From assembly GCA_965222155.1 (NCBI GenBank), contig CBDCTH010000012.1, positions 2,240,001 through 2,304,000 on the forward strand: a stretch of 64,000 bases of DNA. Direction: 5' to 3'. Position 1 is the stretch's first letter, and the number at the start of each line of letters is the position of its first letter. The position numbers and the translations under genes are program-made. Source of the DNA: Gammaproteobacteria bacterium (GTDB lineage: Bacteria > Pseudomonadota > Gammaproteobacteria > Eutrophobiales > Eutrophobiaceae). This document shows, piece by piece, positions 62,501-64,000 of the stretch. The notes under the pieces are model-generated. The model ran no database searches and was not told the DNA's origin. It saw nothing but the letters and a program-made list of their open reading frames with translations.

Positions 62501-64000
62501 CGGCGTCCCGACCAGCGGGACGTCCCGCACGAAATCGGCCTCCTCCAGCGTATGCAGTCCGTCCAGGGTCACCTTGAAGTCGACTGTACCATCGCCGTTC
62601 AGGTCAGCCAACACGTCGGTAAAGTCATCGCTCACATCAGCGCCCGTGTTCGCACCGCGCCGGACATAGCGCACCTCGCCCGCAGTACCGGTAAAGTCCT
62701 CCGTGCCGATGAAGACCAGGTCATTGCCCAGGCCGGACAGGTCCAGCCGGTCGCCCTCACCCCCGGCGCCTGAGAAGTTTAGAATGTAGTCCGTATTCGC
62801 GGCAGTCGAGTCCGATGCCGCGCGGTACACAAACGTGTCCGCGCCAGCGCCACCGTCCAGGGTGTCGGCGCCAGCGCCCCCTTCGAGCGTATCATCGCCG
62901 CCTGCGCCGACCAGCCGGTTGGCGCCGGCAGTGCCCTGTAACGCATCGTCATGCGCCGAGCCGATGAGGTTCTCGATGCCACTGAACGTGTCGCCCGCCG
63001 CATGACCGCCCGACACCGTACCGGTACCAAGGTCCACCTGCACGGCCGCGTTCGAGCTCCTATAGGAGACCGTGTCGCTCCCGGCGCCGCCGTCCAGGGT
63101 ATCGGCGCCATCACCCCCTTCGAGCGTATCATCGCCGCCTGCGCCGACCAGCCGGTTGGCGCCGGCAGCGCCCTGTAACGCATCGTCATGCGCCGAGCCG
63201 ATGAGATTCTCGATGCTCCTGAGCGCGTCGCCCGCCGCATGACCGCCCGATACCGCACCGTTGCCAAGGTCCACCTGCACCCCCGCATTCGAACTCCTGT
63301 AAGACACGCTGTCGTTACCGCCTTCGCCGTGCAACACATCGGCCCCGGCGCCGCCCTCGAGCACGTCGTCGCCAGCGCTGCCGTACAACCGGTCAGCACC
63401 CGCTTCCCCGTACAACCGGTCATCCCCTGACAGCCCCACCAGCTTGTCGTCGCCGGCGCGCCCCCATAGAGCGTTGGCATTGTTGTCGCCCCTCAATTCA
63501 TCGTCATAGGCCGAGCCGATGACGTTCTCAATGCTACTGAGCGTGTCGCCCACCGCATGACCCCCTGATACCGCACCGTTGCCAAGGTCCACCCGTACCC
63601 CCGCATCAGAGCCGGCGTAGGACACTGTGTCGGTCCCGTCGCCACCCCGTAACTCGTCCGTACCCGACGTCCCGACCAGCGGGACGTCCCGCACGAAATC
63701 GGCCTCCTCCAGCGTGTGCAGTCCGTCCAGGGTCACCTTGAAGTCGGCCACACCATTGCCATTCAGGTCAGCCAACACGTCGGTGTAGTCATCGCTCACA
63801 TCAGCGCCCGTGTTCGCACCGCGCCGGACATAGCGCACCTCGCCCGCAGTACCGGTAAAGTCCGCCGTGCCAATGAAGACCAGGCCGCTGCCCAGGCCGG
63901 ACAGGTCCAGCCGGTCGCCCTCACCCCCGACACCCGAGAAGTTCAGAATGTTGTCCGTGTTCGCGGCAGTCGAGTCCAATGCCGCGCGGTACAAAAACGT
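56541..64000 (-). CDS. Giant modular RTX / Ca2+-binding repeat protein (3' part; start outside window), split by a 1-bp frameshift near 57823-57826
   Basis: Dozens of GGxGxDxL nonapeptides, SIENVIGS repeats, >=7 serralysin-C-like modules ending DGDG.ADF.VTL.GL; C4 run here versus C5 in sibling copies (e.g. ~56779). Confidence 0.9.

Noticed and set aside
56627-63480. Numerous alternative-frame ORFs within the RTX gene
   Set aside because: Artefacts of GC-rich repetitive coding sequence

Overview
Gammaproteobacterial chromosomal window; the repeat-rich secreted protein, AAA ATPase paralogues and many intergenic palindromic elements resemble host-associated (e.g. sponge-symbiont) genomes, but that is inference. 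The first ~19.5 kb is a defence island upstream of pyrG. It holds a complete, AT-rich type I-C CRISPR-Cas operon (cas3-cas5c-cas8c-cas7-[RHH/RelE-ParE TA, toxin broken by an in-frame stop]-cas4-cas1-cas2) and a 28-repeat array whose distal end is cut by an IS21 lacking a target duplication. The locus is bracketed by two COG1373-type AAA+ ATPases, each with a palindromic upstream site. Apparent relics of two other CRISPR types lie nearby: a csb2-like (I-G) fragment and a solitary type I-E repeat. Several spacers are codon-level homologues of one another or tile the same gene. The rest of the window holds housekeeping and metabolic genes (tag, alpha-hydroxy-acid oxidase, Rieske oxygenase, rng, yhdP, mnmA, MATE, ampG, OFA-MFS, TonB receptor, moaA/fdhD/mobAB/moeA/moaDE, an isolated pqqB). 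It also holds a second accessory patch at ~29.3-37.5 kb (IS1634, IS remnants, MITE, secreted-protein fragments, AAA ATPase plus coiled-coil repeat gene) and the 3' ~7.5 kb of a giant modular RTX gene with a 1-bp frameshift.
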